NCBI GenBank assembly: GCA_048571215.1
Contig: CP182352.1
Span: forward strand, 704,001-768,000
Length of the DNA stretch: 64,000 nt
From: Halarcobacter sp.
Lineage (GTDB): Bacteria > Campylobacterota > Campylobacteria > Campylobacterales > Arcobacteraceae
Direction of reading: 5' to 3'
Part shown: piece by piece, positions 20,495 through 30,840 of the stretch
How positions within the stretch are numbered: the stretch's first letter is position 1
How the letters are laid out: each line of letters opens with the position of its first letter
Notes under the pieces: model-generated
The model's input: only the letters and a program-made list of their open reading frames with translations
The model's database searches: none
What the model was told of the DNA's origin: nothing
Made by a program: the position numbers and the translations under genes

Positions 20495-20755
20495 ATTATT
20501 TGGTCCCTAGTTCGAATCTAGATGCTGGAGCCATTTTTTATTTTCGTATGAAAATAAATCAAATCACTAAACATACTTTTTAAAGATTCCTGCTTTAAAT
20601 TAAAAAAACATCATAGTCATTAACAGATGTTAACTCTTATAATATTTTTTCAATTTTCATTGAACTATTCTTTGTGCTTGCACTCTCTTTGAGAAAAATT
20701 ATATTCATTGATTTGATTTTAATATAATTAAGTATCTTGTTCCCAGAATTTTGTC
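20489..20755 (+). repeat. att-like repeat copy 3
   Basis: TTAATTATTTGGTCCCTAGTTCGAATCTAGATGCTGGAGCCA plus the same downstream ~230 bp. Confidence 0.9.
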
Positions 20756-20816
20756 AAAACTTTCAAAAGAAGCACAAGCTTTTTGGAATATAAAATAAGT
20801 ATTATTTAGTTTATTT

Positions 20817-21047
20817 TTATACTGCTTTATCCATGTCAAGTAATACCTCTGTATGTATTTGAATATTTTTCTTATTTTCATAAAGTATCACAATATATCC
20901 ATTGTCAGTTTTTATATGATTTCTGTAATATGTTTTAATAGAGGAATATTTTTCAACAAGAAGTACTTTGCACTTATTTTTAAGTTTTTGTGCTAGATTT
21001 AGATCTTTTTTTGATGCATTTATGATGGTGATATCGTAATGTGTCAC
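20817..21047 (-). CDS. Small hypothetical protein
   Basis: ATGA overlap with upstream VanZ gene (translational coupling). Confidence 0.55.
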   Translation of the reverse strand: MTHYDITIINASKKDLNLAQKLKNKCKVLLVEKYSSIKTYYRNHIKTDNGYIVILYENKKNIQIHTEVLLDMDKAV

Positions 21048-21421
21048 TTTTTTCTCCTTAACATTGAAAATAAAACTATTCCTATAAAATTAGCCAATAA
21101 ATCTCCTGAATCAAAAGTGCGAGAACTAATAAAGTATTGAGTAAACTCTTCTATTGTGGAAAAACTTACTATTAGAAGTGAGCCTAATAAAATATGCCAT
21201 GAACTAATTTTACGATAATTCAAACCATAATTTAATAAAAATGCCATCATTCCATAGAGTAGGGCATGAGCTATTTTATCACCATAAGGAACATCTCCAA
21301 TAACCTTAAAAGCAAAGTTATAGTCTGCTGTATCTGCTAGAAAGATGATATAACTTATAAAGATAAAAAATATTAATGGAAATAATAATCTATATTGTAA
21401 ACTTATCATATTTTTCACCAT
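21044..21421 (-). CDS. VanZ family membrane protein
   Basis: DKIAHALLYG, EEFTQYF..SRTFD..DLLAN..G. Confidence 0.9.
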   Translation of the reverse strand: MVKNMISLQYRLLFPLIFFIFISYIIFLADTADYNFAFKVIGDVPYGDKIAHALLYGMMAFLLNYGLNYRKISSWHILLGSLLIVSFSTIEEFTQYFISSRTFDSGDLLANFIGIVLFSMLRRKK

Positions 21422-22851
21422 ATTCTTTTATTACCATATACTTTTTCTATAGAACAATATCCAAAATGATAAGATGCAAAATTATTACAATTACGTCTTT
21501 TGTAGAATGAGGAGTAGAATTTTCCTTTATATTCTTGGGTAAGTTTTATATTTGACTGTTTTAATATAGGTAGTGCATCTATTGATAAATTATATAAGGC
21601 ATATCTATCTAATTTTTGAGGTGTATTTTTGAATTTTTCAATATTATGTTTAGCTACTATTGCATCAATATTTAATGAAATAATTACCGAAAACGAGATA
21701 ATAGCAATAAATGTTACAATATTTAGAAGTTTTGCAAAAGGGTATTTCTTTATAAGAAAAACAATACCTAAAAATAATACAGATATTAAAAAGTAATCAA
21801 ACCATTCCACATAATAACGCAATACTGTAGCACCTTTTATTGATTGATAAAGGTACATTTTTTTTAAAGATACGATACCCATAATGATACTTTGAACAAG
21901 AAGCCCCACAAGAAAAAACAAGACCAATTTCTCATTTTTAAAACGTCGCATTATAAATAAAAAGATAAGAACTACAAGTCCCATAACCAACATAAGTTGA
22001 AAAAAACCTTCTCTAGCAAAACTTGCTATATTTATCCCCTGTGGTACGTTTTGTGAATCAATTAAAAATGGTATCTGCATAAGAATAAAACTGATAAATA
22101 CAAGGTTGATTAATCCTAAAAATATTCCTACTATAAGTAAGTCAAGAGCTTGGGTTTGTGTTTGTTTGATTCTGTCTTTTTCATTTGAAAACCCATATAT
22201 AAATAGCCATAAAAAAAGTATAAAATATAAAGGTACACTCACTAAGTAGTGTATGGAAAAATTAAGATGAAAATCAAAAAGCTTACGGATAAAGTAACTA
22301 TAATTACTATCTGCATCAAAAAGCAAGGCTAAAAATATACCAACAAAGGGTAAGGAGATAGATAAAGCTAAGGCGATACGAGTATATAGTTTTGCATCTG
22401 GTTTTTTTGTGAAAATCCTAGTAAAAAAATCTTTTATATGTCTTACAAAATTAAAAGATAAAAAGAAGTGAGGAATAAAAGTTTGATATACAGAGTGAAC
22501 TTTTTGCATAGCTGTAATATATAATACAAAAAGTAAGATATAAAATATTATAGGTACAAAATACTGAACCATAGTGTTGTTATAATAAAACATATCCACT
22601 ATCATAATAAATAAAAATGGTAGAAACCACTTAGTGTAAGGATTGATAAGTTTTTGTGTTAATGTAGCGTATAAAAGTGGTAAAGTAAGTAAAATGTAAA
22701 ATACTATATGCCAACCACCTATTAAAAATCTTATTTTATAAAAATTTTCTATAAATGATAGAAAAATACTTAAAACAACTAGAGATATTCCAAATGTTTT
22801 ATTTGTAAGCATTGGGTTTAGTATTTGTTCTTTTCTTATAATTAATTGCAT
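21415..22851 (-). CDS. DUF4153/DUF4173 family polytopic membrane protein
   Basis: LFDAD, FAREGFFQL, GATVLRYY, LNID..VA..NI and LSIDALP motifs; many TM segments. Confidence 0.75.
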   Translation of the reverse strand: MQLIIRKEQILNPMLTNKTFGISLVVLSIFLSFIENFYKIRFLIGGWHIVFYILLTLPLLYATLTQKLINPYTKWFLPFLFIMIVDMFYYNNTMVQYFVPIIFYILLFVLYITAMQKVHSVYQTFIPHFFLSFNFVRHIKDFFTRIFTKKPDAKLYTRIALALSISLPFVGIFLALLFDADSNYSYFIRKLFDFHLNFSIHYLVSVPLYFILFLWLFIYGFSNEKDRIKQTQTQALDLLIVGIFLGLINLVFISFILMQIPFLIDSQNVPQGINIASFAREGFFQLMLVMGLVVLIFLFIMRRFKNEKLVLFFLVGLLVQSIIMGIVSLKKMYLYQSIKGATVLRYYVEWFDYFLISVLFLGIVFLIKKYPFAKLLNIVTFIAIISFSVIISLNIDAIVAKHNIEKFKNTPQKLDRYALYNLSIDALPILKQSNIKLTQEYKGKFYSSFYKRRNCNNFASYHFGYCSIEKVYGNKRIW

Positions 22852-22855
22852 TTTA

Positions 22856-24151
22856 CTATTCTCCTTTTGTATATTCAAACATAAGCTTTTTTACTTTTTT
22901 TGTTTCTATTTTTGCACCCATTTTTTCAAAAAGTGCATAATAACCAATCAAGGTACGATCTAAAAAAATATAATCCTCATTGACTTGATGCACCGAATTA
23001 AATTGCTTTTTTTGTACTTCAAAAATAAGCTCAAACCCTTTTTTTGAAAAGTTGTTATGTACTCCAAAATCATAACTTTTATTTTGCAATGGCTCGATGT
23101 ATAATCTATCAAGTGGTTTAATCACTTCTTGATAAAAGTGAAGCATTTTTTCTAAAGTACCTTCTTCTATCATCCCTAGTTCATGGTAGTGTTGAACTAG
23201 TATTTCATCTTCAACTTCATTAAACAAATCAATATGCAAAGCCGTGTAGCTAGATAAAAATTTTTCATCTATTTTTTTTATACATCCAAAATCAATTAAA
23301 CCTAATTTGCCATCAGATAAAAATAGAAAATTGCCAGGATTTGGATCTGCGTGTATCATTTTTAGTTTATAAAGAGATTCAAAGTAGTTATCAAAGATAA
23401 GTTGTGCATAGTAGTCTTTTTCTTGTTGACTTGGTTTTGTTGCTAAATAATCTTGAAAACTTAATCCTTCTAGAAAAGATGTAGTTATCACTTTAGATGT
23501 AGTAAGATTAGGTAAGACATCAGGAACAATAATATTTTTATTAGTTAAGTTTTTTTTGAAAAAATCATAGTTTTGTGCTTCTAAAAGATAATCTACCTCT
23601 TCAAAAAGTCGCTCTTGTATCTCTGAGATAATATGATCAATGTTTTGTCCTTTAGCAAATCGTTTAAGGGCAAAGTGTACTAAAGTCATATCTGTATATA
23701 TACTTTGTTTGATTCCAGGATATTGTACTTTAACAGCAAGTTTTTGATTTTTACTTTGAGCTTGATGTACTTGCCCTAAACTTGCAGCTGCAAAGGCATT
23801 CATATTAAAATTATCAAAAAGTTCTTGAGGATAGTTACCTAGTTCGGTTTTGATGATTTTACGCACCAAAGCTTTGTTTATTGATGGAATGGAGTTAAAT
23901 GATTCACTTATCTTTTCTAGATACTCTGGAGGAAGAAATGGCATACCCAATGCTATATGTTGTGCAATTTTCACTGATACTCCTTTAAGTTCCCCTAAGG
24001 CACTAAAAATAATATCAGCTACCTCTTCATGTGTTTGTGATTTGTCTTTATTGCTAAGATAGTGTTTACCTTTTACTACACCTATTTTAACTATAGCTTT
24101 ACCTACTACATTTGCACGAGATAATTTGGTCTGAGGAAGTGCTTTATCCAT
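22856..24151 (-). CDS. ABC1/AarF/UbiB family atypical kinase
   Basis: AAASLGQVHQA, AVKVQYPG, EVDY..EA, HADPNPGNF, LIDFGC. Confidence 0.92.
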   Translation of the reverse strand: MDKALPQTKLSRANVVGKAIVKIGVVKGKHYLSNKDKSQTHEEVADIIFSALGELKGVSVKIAQHIALGMPFLPPEYLEKISESFNSIPSINKALVRKIIKTELGNYPQELFDNFNMNAFAAASLGQVHQAQSKNQKLAVKVQYPGIKQSIYTDMTLVHFALKRFAKGQNIDHIISEIQERLFEEVDYLLEAQNYDFFKKNLTNKNIIVPDVLPNLTTSKVITTSFLEGLSFQDYLATKPSQQEKDYYAQLIFDNYFESLYKLKMIHADPNPGNFLFLSDGKLGLIDFGCIKKIDEKFLSSYTALHIDLFNEVEDEILVQHYHELGMIEEGTLEKMLHFYQEVIKPLDRLYIEPLQNKSYDFGVHNNFSKKGFELIFEVQKKQFNSVHQVNEDYIFLDRTLIGYYALFEKMGAKIETKKVKKLMFEYTKGE

Positions 24152-24881
24152 GAAGTACATCACCTAATTTTCGCTTTATTTTATCAAAAGTATTTTTTTT
24201 ATTTGCAAATTTTTCTAAACTTGAAAGCATATGTGTTTTAAAGAAAAACATTCCAAGGTCTGATGCTTTGTTTAAAATATTTGAATGAAGAACAGATTCC
24301 ATAAGTCCCAAAGAGTGATCAATAAACTGAGTAGTATTTTCGAACATCTCTGATTCATCTTTAACCCAATAAGCAACTACCATAATATAATAGTCCCAAA
24401 ATAAAGTAGGTAAGTGCTCTTTAAATGGAGGTACCATTATCTCTTGAGCTTCTATAGCTATATCTAACATCTCTTCTACAGTTAGTATAAAAATCTCATT
24501 TGTTTCATAAAGTTTATTGATTTTTAGTCCTGAGGAGTGAAATACCAAATCAGCTATTTGTATTATAAACTCTCTATCTTCTAAGTAAAGCTCTAACTCA
24601 GTTTCTACTAGTGTTTGTAACTGTTCTCGTAAAGAGTAGGTATGAAAATCCTCTATATCTTGTAAAATAGCAATAGTCTCTTTGTGTTTTTGTTCAATAT
24701 AGGCATAGAGAAGTTTCTCTTTTGATGGAAAGTAGTTATATATAGTTGGATTACTAACTCCAGCACTTTTAGCCATCTCTCTAAGTGAAGCATTTTCAAA
24801 CCCTTTTTCTATAATAAGTTCTACGGCTGATTTAAGTATTTTAATCTTTGTTTTTTCTTTAGCTGATTGTGATATTTTCAT
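24144..24881 (-). CDS. TetR family transcriptional regulator
   Basis: N-terminal HTH GFENASLREMAKSAGVSNPTIYNYFPSKE; YWVKDES..FE.T C-domain. Confidence 0.92.
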   Translation of the reverse strand: MKISQSAKEKTKIKILKSAVELIIEKGFENASLREMAKSAGVSNPTIYNYFPSKEKLLYAYIEQKHKETIAILQDIEDFHTYSLREQLQTLVETELELYLEDREFIIQIADLVFHSSGLKINKLYETNEIFILTVEEMLDIAIEAQEIMVPPFKEHLPTLFWDYYIMVVAYWVKDESEMFENTTQFIDHSLGLMESVLHSNILNKASDLGMFFFKTHMLSSLEKFANKKNTFDKIKRKLGDVLHG

Positions 24882-25098
24882 TTTAAACTCCAAATATTTA
24901 ACTAAGTATAATATAAATACTATAATTTGTCAATATTTATTATATCTTTTTAAATATTTAGTGTTTTAAGATAGTTGTCTTTTATGTTGATAATTAACTA
25001 TTTAATATAAATATAATTATTATATAAGTTTAGCTAGAATAATGAAATTTCAGGGACACGAGATACCATTAAATAAACATAAGGAAAGTATTGGAAAT

Positions 25099-25587
25099 AT
25101 GAATTTAAAATATCGAAATGCTGTAGAAGATGATTTTTTATCAATTTGTAAATTATTTGAAAACGCACAAACCTTATTTTACTCATTTCCTAATTCTAAA
25201 TATCCATTAGATTATGAACAATTAGCAAAAATTCATAAAAAAAGATTTTTTCCTACTGTATTTTTGATTGAAAATAAAATCATAGCTTACTCAAATATAT
25301 ATTTTACGGAAAATGACCAAGAGCCACATATTGGAAATGTGATTTTAGATAAAAAGTATCGCAATAAAGGTTATGGTAAAAAAATCATGATGACTATGAT
25401 TGATATTGCTATAAAAGAGTTTACTCCTAGTGAAATAAAGCTAGCAGTTTTTGAAACTAATAAAAATGTATACAAGCTGTATAAATCTCTAGGCTTTGAA
25501 CCTTATGGAGTCAAATATAGAAAAAATCATAAAGGAATAAACCAAAAATTGATATTGATGAAATTAGAATTTAGGTTTATAACTTAG
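25099..25587 (+). CDS. GNAT family N-acetyltransferase
   Basis: YRNKGYGK acetyl-CoA motif, N...KLYKSLGF. Confidence 0.88.
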   Translation: MNLKYRNAVEDDFLSICKLFENAQTLFYSFPNSKYPLDYEQLAKIHKKRFFPTVFLIENKIIAYSNIYFTENDQEPHIGNVILDKKYRNKGYGKKIMMTMIDIAIKEFTPSEIKLAVFETNKNVYKLYKSLGFEPYGVKYRKNHKGINQKLILMKLEFRFIT

Positions 25588-25631
25588 TTTAAATTTCTCT
25601 AAGTCAAAATAAATACCTTTAGTTTTCAAAA

Positions 25632-25708
25632 ATAATTCTTCTAATGTAGATTAAAATCGGCTGATAAGAAAATAAAGAGACAAAATTAATAAGATGAAGT
25701 TTTTTATA
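25632..25708 (+). repeat. Direct repeat: degenerate copy of DUF4242 gene -10/leader/first codons
   Basis: 44/46 identity over the first 46 bp with 30836-30881; similarity continues to AAGATGAAGTTTTTTATA. Confidence 0.85.
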
Positions 25709-25722
25709 TTGTTTTTTGTTTA

Positions 25723-26559
25723 TCAATATTTTGAAAACTGTCTAAGGTTACACAAACCTTGATATTGCGGAAATTCACTATTTATATTTAAAAAGTTTTC
25801 AGGGGTTGCTTGGGTTAAGCTTTTGAATTCCCTTATAAAATGGGAGTGATTAGAGAAGTTTTGTTTTTTTGCTAGTTCTTTAAATTTTGTATCATGTTCT
25901 CTGAATTTTATATAATCTAAAATAGAATAAAATCTTCCTATTCTACTCAAAAATTTTGGAGTTAATCCTGTGGTTTTTTTTAGGTTTCTTTCTATTTGTC
26001 TTATTGATAAGTTTTGAGATTTGAAAAAGGCATCTAAATCTCCATCTTTATATAGTTTATTTATAGTACATAGAGTTTCATTTTTATTAAAATTGGATTT
26101 ATGAAATAGATCTATCAAAAAGTTATTTAGTTCGTTGTAAACTTTTGTTTTATCATGTTTGCAGTTGTATATTCTTTCTAAAAATGATGAATCAAAATTT
26201 ATTGAAAGATCATCTAAAGTGTACATGGTATCTATTAATTCATCTACTGCAATATTGAAAAGTTTATAAAATACACTTGGATTTAGCTGGATATCAATAA
26301 AATATGCATCATCACTCACATAAGCAAAGTATGATTTCATCACAGGAGGATGAACATAGATACCCCTTTTCATTTCTCCATTTTTATAAAGACTAAAGTT
26401 TATTTCTCCATCTAGTACTATAAAAACAGTTGCACAACCATCAGGGATGATTTTTTGACAATTGATAAGATTACCATTACCATCTCCTTCTAAAAACCAA
26501 AAGACTTTTATCCAGTCTTTTAGTTTTTCGTGAGGAATTAGCATTGAAGATTTAAGCAT
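25723..26559 (-). CDS. AraC family transcriptional regulator (DUF6597-type N-terminus)
   Basis: IIPDGC N-domain; LSIRQIER...TGLTPK and SHFIREFK HTHs. Confidence 0.88.
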   Translation of the reverse strand: MLKSSMLIPHEKLKDWIKVFWFLEGDGNGNLINCQKIIPDGCATVFIVLDGEINFSLYKNGEMKRGIYVHPPVMKSYFAYVSDDAYFIDIQLNPSVFYKLFNIAVDELIDTMYTLDDLSINFDSSFLERIYNCKHDKTKVYNELNNFLIDLFHKSNFNKNETLCTINKLYKDGDLDAFFKSQNLSIRQIERNLKKTTGLTPKFLSRIGRFYSILDYIKFREHDTKFKELAKKQNFSNHSHFIREFKSLTQATPENFLNINSEFPQYQGLCNLRQFSKY

Positions 26560-26607
26560 CTAAAACCTTAATTTTTTTAATAAGCTAATTATACTATATT
26601 AAATTTT

Positions 26608-28017
26608 TTAACCTAATTCATGGGCTAAATCAGACTCAGCTTGCTCAAGCATTGCAAACTCTTCATCTGCTGTTTTAGCCACTAAATGATTTTTACTATA
26701 TAAGAAGTAATATAAAGCACCAATTATATATAAAATAATTGTATAAACAAAAGCTCTAGGATCAAAGGCATAAACACCAGTTAAAGCAACTAAAGATAAA
26801 ACAAAGGCAATACCTGAAGTTATAGTTCCCCCAGGAGTTTTGTATGGTCTTGGCATCTCTGGGTTTTTAACTCTTAATAAAATATGACTTAATGACATTA
26901 AAGCATATGAAATAGTAGCTCCTACAACAGCCATAGCTAACATTAAATCACCTTCACCACTTAAAGAAGCCAAGAAACCTAAAACACCTGGAACAATTAA
27001 AGCCCAAGTTGGAGTTTTTCTTTTACTTGTTAGTGATAAAAATTTTGGTAAATATCCAGCCCTTGATAATGCAAAAATTAATCTACTATATCCATAGATA
27101 ATAGAGAAAAATGATGCAATTAATCCAGCTAATCCTAAAACATTAACAGTTGTCGCTAAAGTTGTATTTCCAGTTGCATTTAATGCATCTACTAGTGGAA
27201 CTGCACTTTTCCCTATAACTTCAGCTCCAGTTGCACTTGGAACTAAGAATAATACCAATGCAGCAGTAAATAGTAAAAATACCATTGCAGCAATAATACC
27301 TTTTGGTACATCTTTTGCAGGGTTTTTTGCTTCTTCCGCAGCTAAAGGAACACCCTCAACAGCTAAGAATAACCACATAGCAAATGGTAATGCAGCCCAT
27401 ACACCATACCAACCTAAAGGTAACATCTCAGTAGCTCCTGCAACATCAGCAGAAGCAGCGATATCAAATAATGTACTAGAATCAAAACTACCAAAAAGAG
27501 CAACGGCAGTTGCTAAAATTGCAAATACAGCTAAACCACTAATCACCATCATTGTCTTAAGTGCTTCCCCAGCACCAATTAAATGAATAGCAATAAATGC
27601 TGCATAAAATAGTGCATAAACAATAGGACCATTAAATCCAGTTAAAGCTTCAACAGCAGAACCAATAAATATTACAATAGCAGCAGGTGCTAGTGCATAC
27701 TCAATCAATATGGCAAGACCAGTTAAAAAACCACCTGCTGGTCCCATAACTTGTCTTGCAAAACTATATCCACCACCAGCAGCCGGAATTGATGCTGACA
27801 TTTCAGCAAGCGATAATACTAAACAAAAATACATTAAAGCCATAAGCCCTGCTGCGATTGCAAATCCACCCCAACCAGCTTCTGCTATACCAAAGTTCCA
27901 TCCTGCAAAATCTCCTGAAATTACATATGAAATCCCTAAACCTGCCAATAAAATCCAACCAGCAGTACCTCTTTTTAATTGTCTTTTAGCAAGATAATCT
28001 TGATTCAAATTACTCAT
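26608..28017 (-). CDS. eat: Ethanolamine permease (APC family)
   Basis: YVISGDFAGWNFG, WLFLAVEGVPLAAEE; adjacent to eutBC. Confidence 0.92.
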   Translation of the reverse strand: MSNLNQDYLAKRQLKRGTAGWILLAGLGISYVISGDFAGWNFGIAEAGWGGFAIAAGLMALMYFCLVLSLAEMSASIPAAGGGYSFARQVMGPAGGFLTGLAILIEYALAPAAIVIFIGSAVEALTGFNGPIVYALFYAAFIAIHLIGAGEALKTMMVISGLAVFAILATAVALFGSFDSSTLFDIAASADVAGATEMLPLGWYGVWAALPFAMWLFLAVEGVPLAAEEAKNPAKDVPKGIIAAMVFLLFTAALVLFLVPSATGAEVIGKSAVPLVDALNATGNTTLATTVNVLGLAGLIASFFSIIYGYSRLIFALSRAGYLPKFLSLTSKRKTPTWALIVPGVLGFLASLSGEGDLMLAMAVVGATISYALMSLSHILLRVKNPEMPRPYKTPGGTITSGIAFVLSLVALTGVYAFDPRAFVYTIILYIIGALYYFLYSKNHLVAKTADEEFAMLEQAESDLAHELG

Positions 28018-28026
28018 TTTCTTTCC

Positions 28027-28881
28027 TTATTTTATTAAAAAATTTTCTTCATTAATTTTATTTTCTATTATTGTCTGTGTTGTTCTATCTTTTAGGTTTA
28101 CACCTGAAAGTTCTAGTCTTCTAGACTCTTTTAATAAATACATTGCCTTTTTTATTGCCTCCTCATAAGATAATCCTTCGATTCTAATATTTGAAATACA
28201 GTTTCTACTTTCATCTGTTAATCCAACTTTTGGATTGTAAGTTAAGTATAATCCCATACTATCAGGTGAACTAAGACCTGGTCTTTCACCTATTAGTACA
28301 AGTGATGTTTTAGAATTTAATATCTCTCCAACTTCATCACCAATTGCTACTCTTCCTTGTTGAACTATAGTAAGTGGTGCTAAATTCCAATCTTGGTTAT
28401 CAAAATTCAAAGCTTCAACTAACTTTTTTATAAATATTGATGCATTTTCTTTAATTGCAAGTGAAGATAAACCATCAACAAGTACAATGGACAAATCATA
28501 TTTTTCATCCTTTAAAGTATTTACTTTTTTTAATCTTTCAACAGATTTTTTATCTAATCTTCTACCTAAATCTGGTCTTTGCAAATACGTAGTTCTATTT
28601 ACTGCTTGTGAATGTAATAATATTGAAGTAAATATCTCTTGCTCTTGATTTAAAATAAGATTTGCATTTTCTAATTGTTCAATTACATACTCAACATCTA
28701 AAGGAAGATGGACAGCATCTTGTGCTTGTGCGTGGGCTAGTTGAAACTCTAAAGAATGGAAAGTTGGGATACTAACTCCTGCTCTTCCTAAGCCAATTCT
28801 AGCATCCGTATAATCTCTAAGTGCTGACCAAGGATTTTCAATAACATTTTGCTTATCATTTGCTTTTTTAATATTGTTCAT
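28027..28881 (-). CDS. eutC: Ethanolamine ammonia-lyase small subunit
   Basis: TDARIGLGRAG, YLQRPDLGRRL, IGERPGLS, RNCISNI. Confidence 0.96.
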   Translation of the reverse strand: MNNIKKANDKQNVIENPWSALRDYTDARIGLGRAGVSIPTFHSLEFQLAHAQAQDAVHLPLDVEYVIEQLENANLILNQEQEIFTSILLHSQAVNRTTYLQRPDLGRRLDKKSVERLKKVNTLKDEKYDLSIVLVDGLSSLAIKENASIFIKKLVEALNFDNQDWNLAPLTIVQQGRVAIGDEVGEILNSKTSLVLIGERPGLSSPDSMGLYLTYNPKVGLTDESRNCISNIRIEGLSYEEAIKKAMYLLKESRRLELSGVNLKDRTTQTIIENKINEENFLIK

Positions 28882-30281
28882 TAGTTAGATCCTATTGCAT
28901 TTGATAGTGATTTTAAAAATGTTTTAGGCATTTTGTCATTTAAAATGAAATTATCCATATTTTTAAAGATTTCCATTTTCTCCAACCACGCTGTAAATTC
29001 AGGTGCTGGTTTTAGATTTAAAACTTTTCTAGCATATAAAGCATCATGAAATGAGGTAGTTTGATAATTAAGCATAATATCGTCACTCCCTGGAATACCC
29101 ATTATAAAATTACACCCTGCAACGCTTAAAAGTGTTAATAGATTATCCATATCATTTTGGTCTGCATCTGCATGGTTTGTGTAGCATATGTCACATCCCA
29201 TAGGAACACCTAATAGTTTTCCACAAAAATGATCTTCTAATCCAGCTCTTGTAATCTCTTTCCCATCAAACAGATACTCAGGACCTATAAAACCTACAAC
29301 CGTATTTACTAAAAGAGGATCAAACTTTTTAGCAACTGCATAGGCTCTAGCTTCACATGTTTGTTGGTCAAGACCAAAGTTGGCATTTGCTGATAAAGAA
29401 CTTCCTTGACCTGTTTCAAAGTACATGACATTGTTTCCAACTGTTCCTCTATTTAAAGATAGTGCCGCTTCATGTGCCTCTTTTAAGATACTTAAGCTTA
29501 CTCCAAAACTTGAATTAGTAGCCTCTGTTCCACCAATAGATTGAAATACCAAATCTACAGGAGCTTTTTTCTCAATGGCCTCAATTGTATTTGTAACGTG
29601 TGTTAAAACACATGATTGGGTTGGTATTTCATATTTTTGGATTACATCATCCATAAGCTTAAGCAGTTTTATTGTTTGTTCAACATTATCTGTTGCTGGA
29701 TTTATTCCAATAACTGCATCACCATTTCCATATAATAATCCATCTAAAATACTTGCAGCAATTCCTCTTACATCATCAGTTGGATGATTTGGTTGAAGTC
29801 TAGTTGATAGTTGTTGAGGTAAACCAATTGTATTTCTAAATGAAGTTACAACTGGGCATTTTTTAGCTACTAGAATCAAATCTTGATTTCTCATAATCTT
29901 ACTAACAGCAGCTACCATTTCAGGAGTAATTCCAGCTCTAACATATTTTATTACATCAGGTGTTGTTTCATCACTTAAAAGCCAATTTCTAAAATCTCCT
30001 ATAGTGAAATGTGAGATTGGCTCAAATGCTTTTTCATCATGTTCATCGATAATAAGTCTTGTAATCTCATCATCTTCATAAGGTATTAAAGTTTCAGTCA
30101 AAAAAGTTTTTAGAGGAACTTCTGCTAATCTCATTTGGGCTATTACTCTTTCCTGTGATGATAAAGCTGAAACTCCTGCTAATATATCTCCAGAACGTTT
30201 TGGAGTTGCCTTAGCCATTAAATCTGCCAAATTTTTAAAAGTATATGTTCTATTTCCTAAGGTATATTTATAATTACTCAT
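28881..30281 (-). CDS. eutB: Ethanolamine ammonia-lyase large subunit
   Basis: RLQPNHPTDD, YFETGQGS, NTVVGFIGPEY, DICYTNH, MLNYQTTSFHD. Confidence 0.97.
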   Translation of the reverse strand: MSNYKYTLGNRTYTFKNLADLMAKATPKRSGDILAGVSALSSQERVIAQMRLAEVPLKTFLTETLIPYEDDEITRLIIDEHDEKAFEPISHFTIGDFRNWLLSDETTPDVIKYVRAGITPEMVAAVSKIMRNQDLILVAKKCPVVTSFRNTIGLPQQLSTRLQPNHPTDDVRGIAASILDGLLYGNGDAVIGINPATDNVEQTIKLLKLMDDVIQKYEIPTQSCVLTHVTNTIEAIEKKAPVDLVFQSIGGTEATNSSFGVSLSILKEAHEAALSLNRGTVGNNVMYFETGQGSSLSANANFGLDQQTCEARAYAVAKKFDPLLVNTVVGFIGPEYLFDGKEITRAGLEDHFCGKLLGVPMGCDICYTNHADADQNDMDNLLTLLSVAGCNFIMGIPGSDDIMLNYQTTSFHDALYARKVLNLKPAPEFTAWLEKMEIFKNMDNFILNDKMPKTFLKSLSNAIGSN

Positions 30282-30797
30282 ATTAATATTTACTTTATAA
30301 ATTAAAGTGTATATCCTTTTTATAAAAGAGGTTACTACATATAGATTTTAAATCAACGTAGTTTATTAAAGAAAATTTTAGTATATATTCATGGGTTATA
30401 ATAGGTGTATTTTGTGTATTTTTTATAAAATGTCTAATCTGACTATTATCATGTTAGTATTTAATTTTTTTATGGTCTTAATTTTGATTAGTAATGTTGA
30501 TAAATTGCTTTAAAATGGCTAATTTTAGGCTATTTTATTTATATATAGTATTATTATTTATTTATTAAAAAGTTTTATTTTATTTTATATTTTTTATTTA
30601 AAATGTCGTTTTTTTGTTATACTTTTGCTCATTTTTAAAAAATTGTTGCAAGGGTTTAAAATTTAATAGGAATTAATATATAAAATAGCTTAAGAATAAT
30701 TTTTTACCAGAAACAGCAATTATTAATGTGTTATTACATTAAGAAAACATCTTAAATAAAGCTATCTATACATACAATATTATTAGTCTATCCCCTT

Positions 30798-30840
30798 TGT
30801 GATTGCTATCACAGAATAAACTTATCATTTCTTCTATAAT
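30798..30840 (+). promoter_or_regulatory. Crp-type box plus -10 element (class II geometry)
   Basis: TGTGA-TTGCTA-TCACA at 30798-30813; TATAAT at 30835-30840 places the box centre near -41.5. Confidence 0.85.

Larger units (their letters stand above)
13514..20755. mobile_element. Degenerate tRNA-Asn-anchored genomic island(s); no integrase in window
   Basis: Three direct copies of the tRNA-Asn 3' half plus downstream ~230 bp; accessory genes and gene remnants between them. Confidence 0.7.

Noticed and set aside
30282..30790. Cobalamin riboswitch or ANTAR hairpins upstream of eutB
   Set aside because: The region is extremely AT-rich and I found no recognisable B12-box or paired hairpins by eye; a covariance-model search would be needed to exclude them
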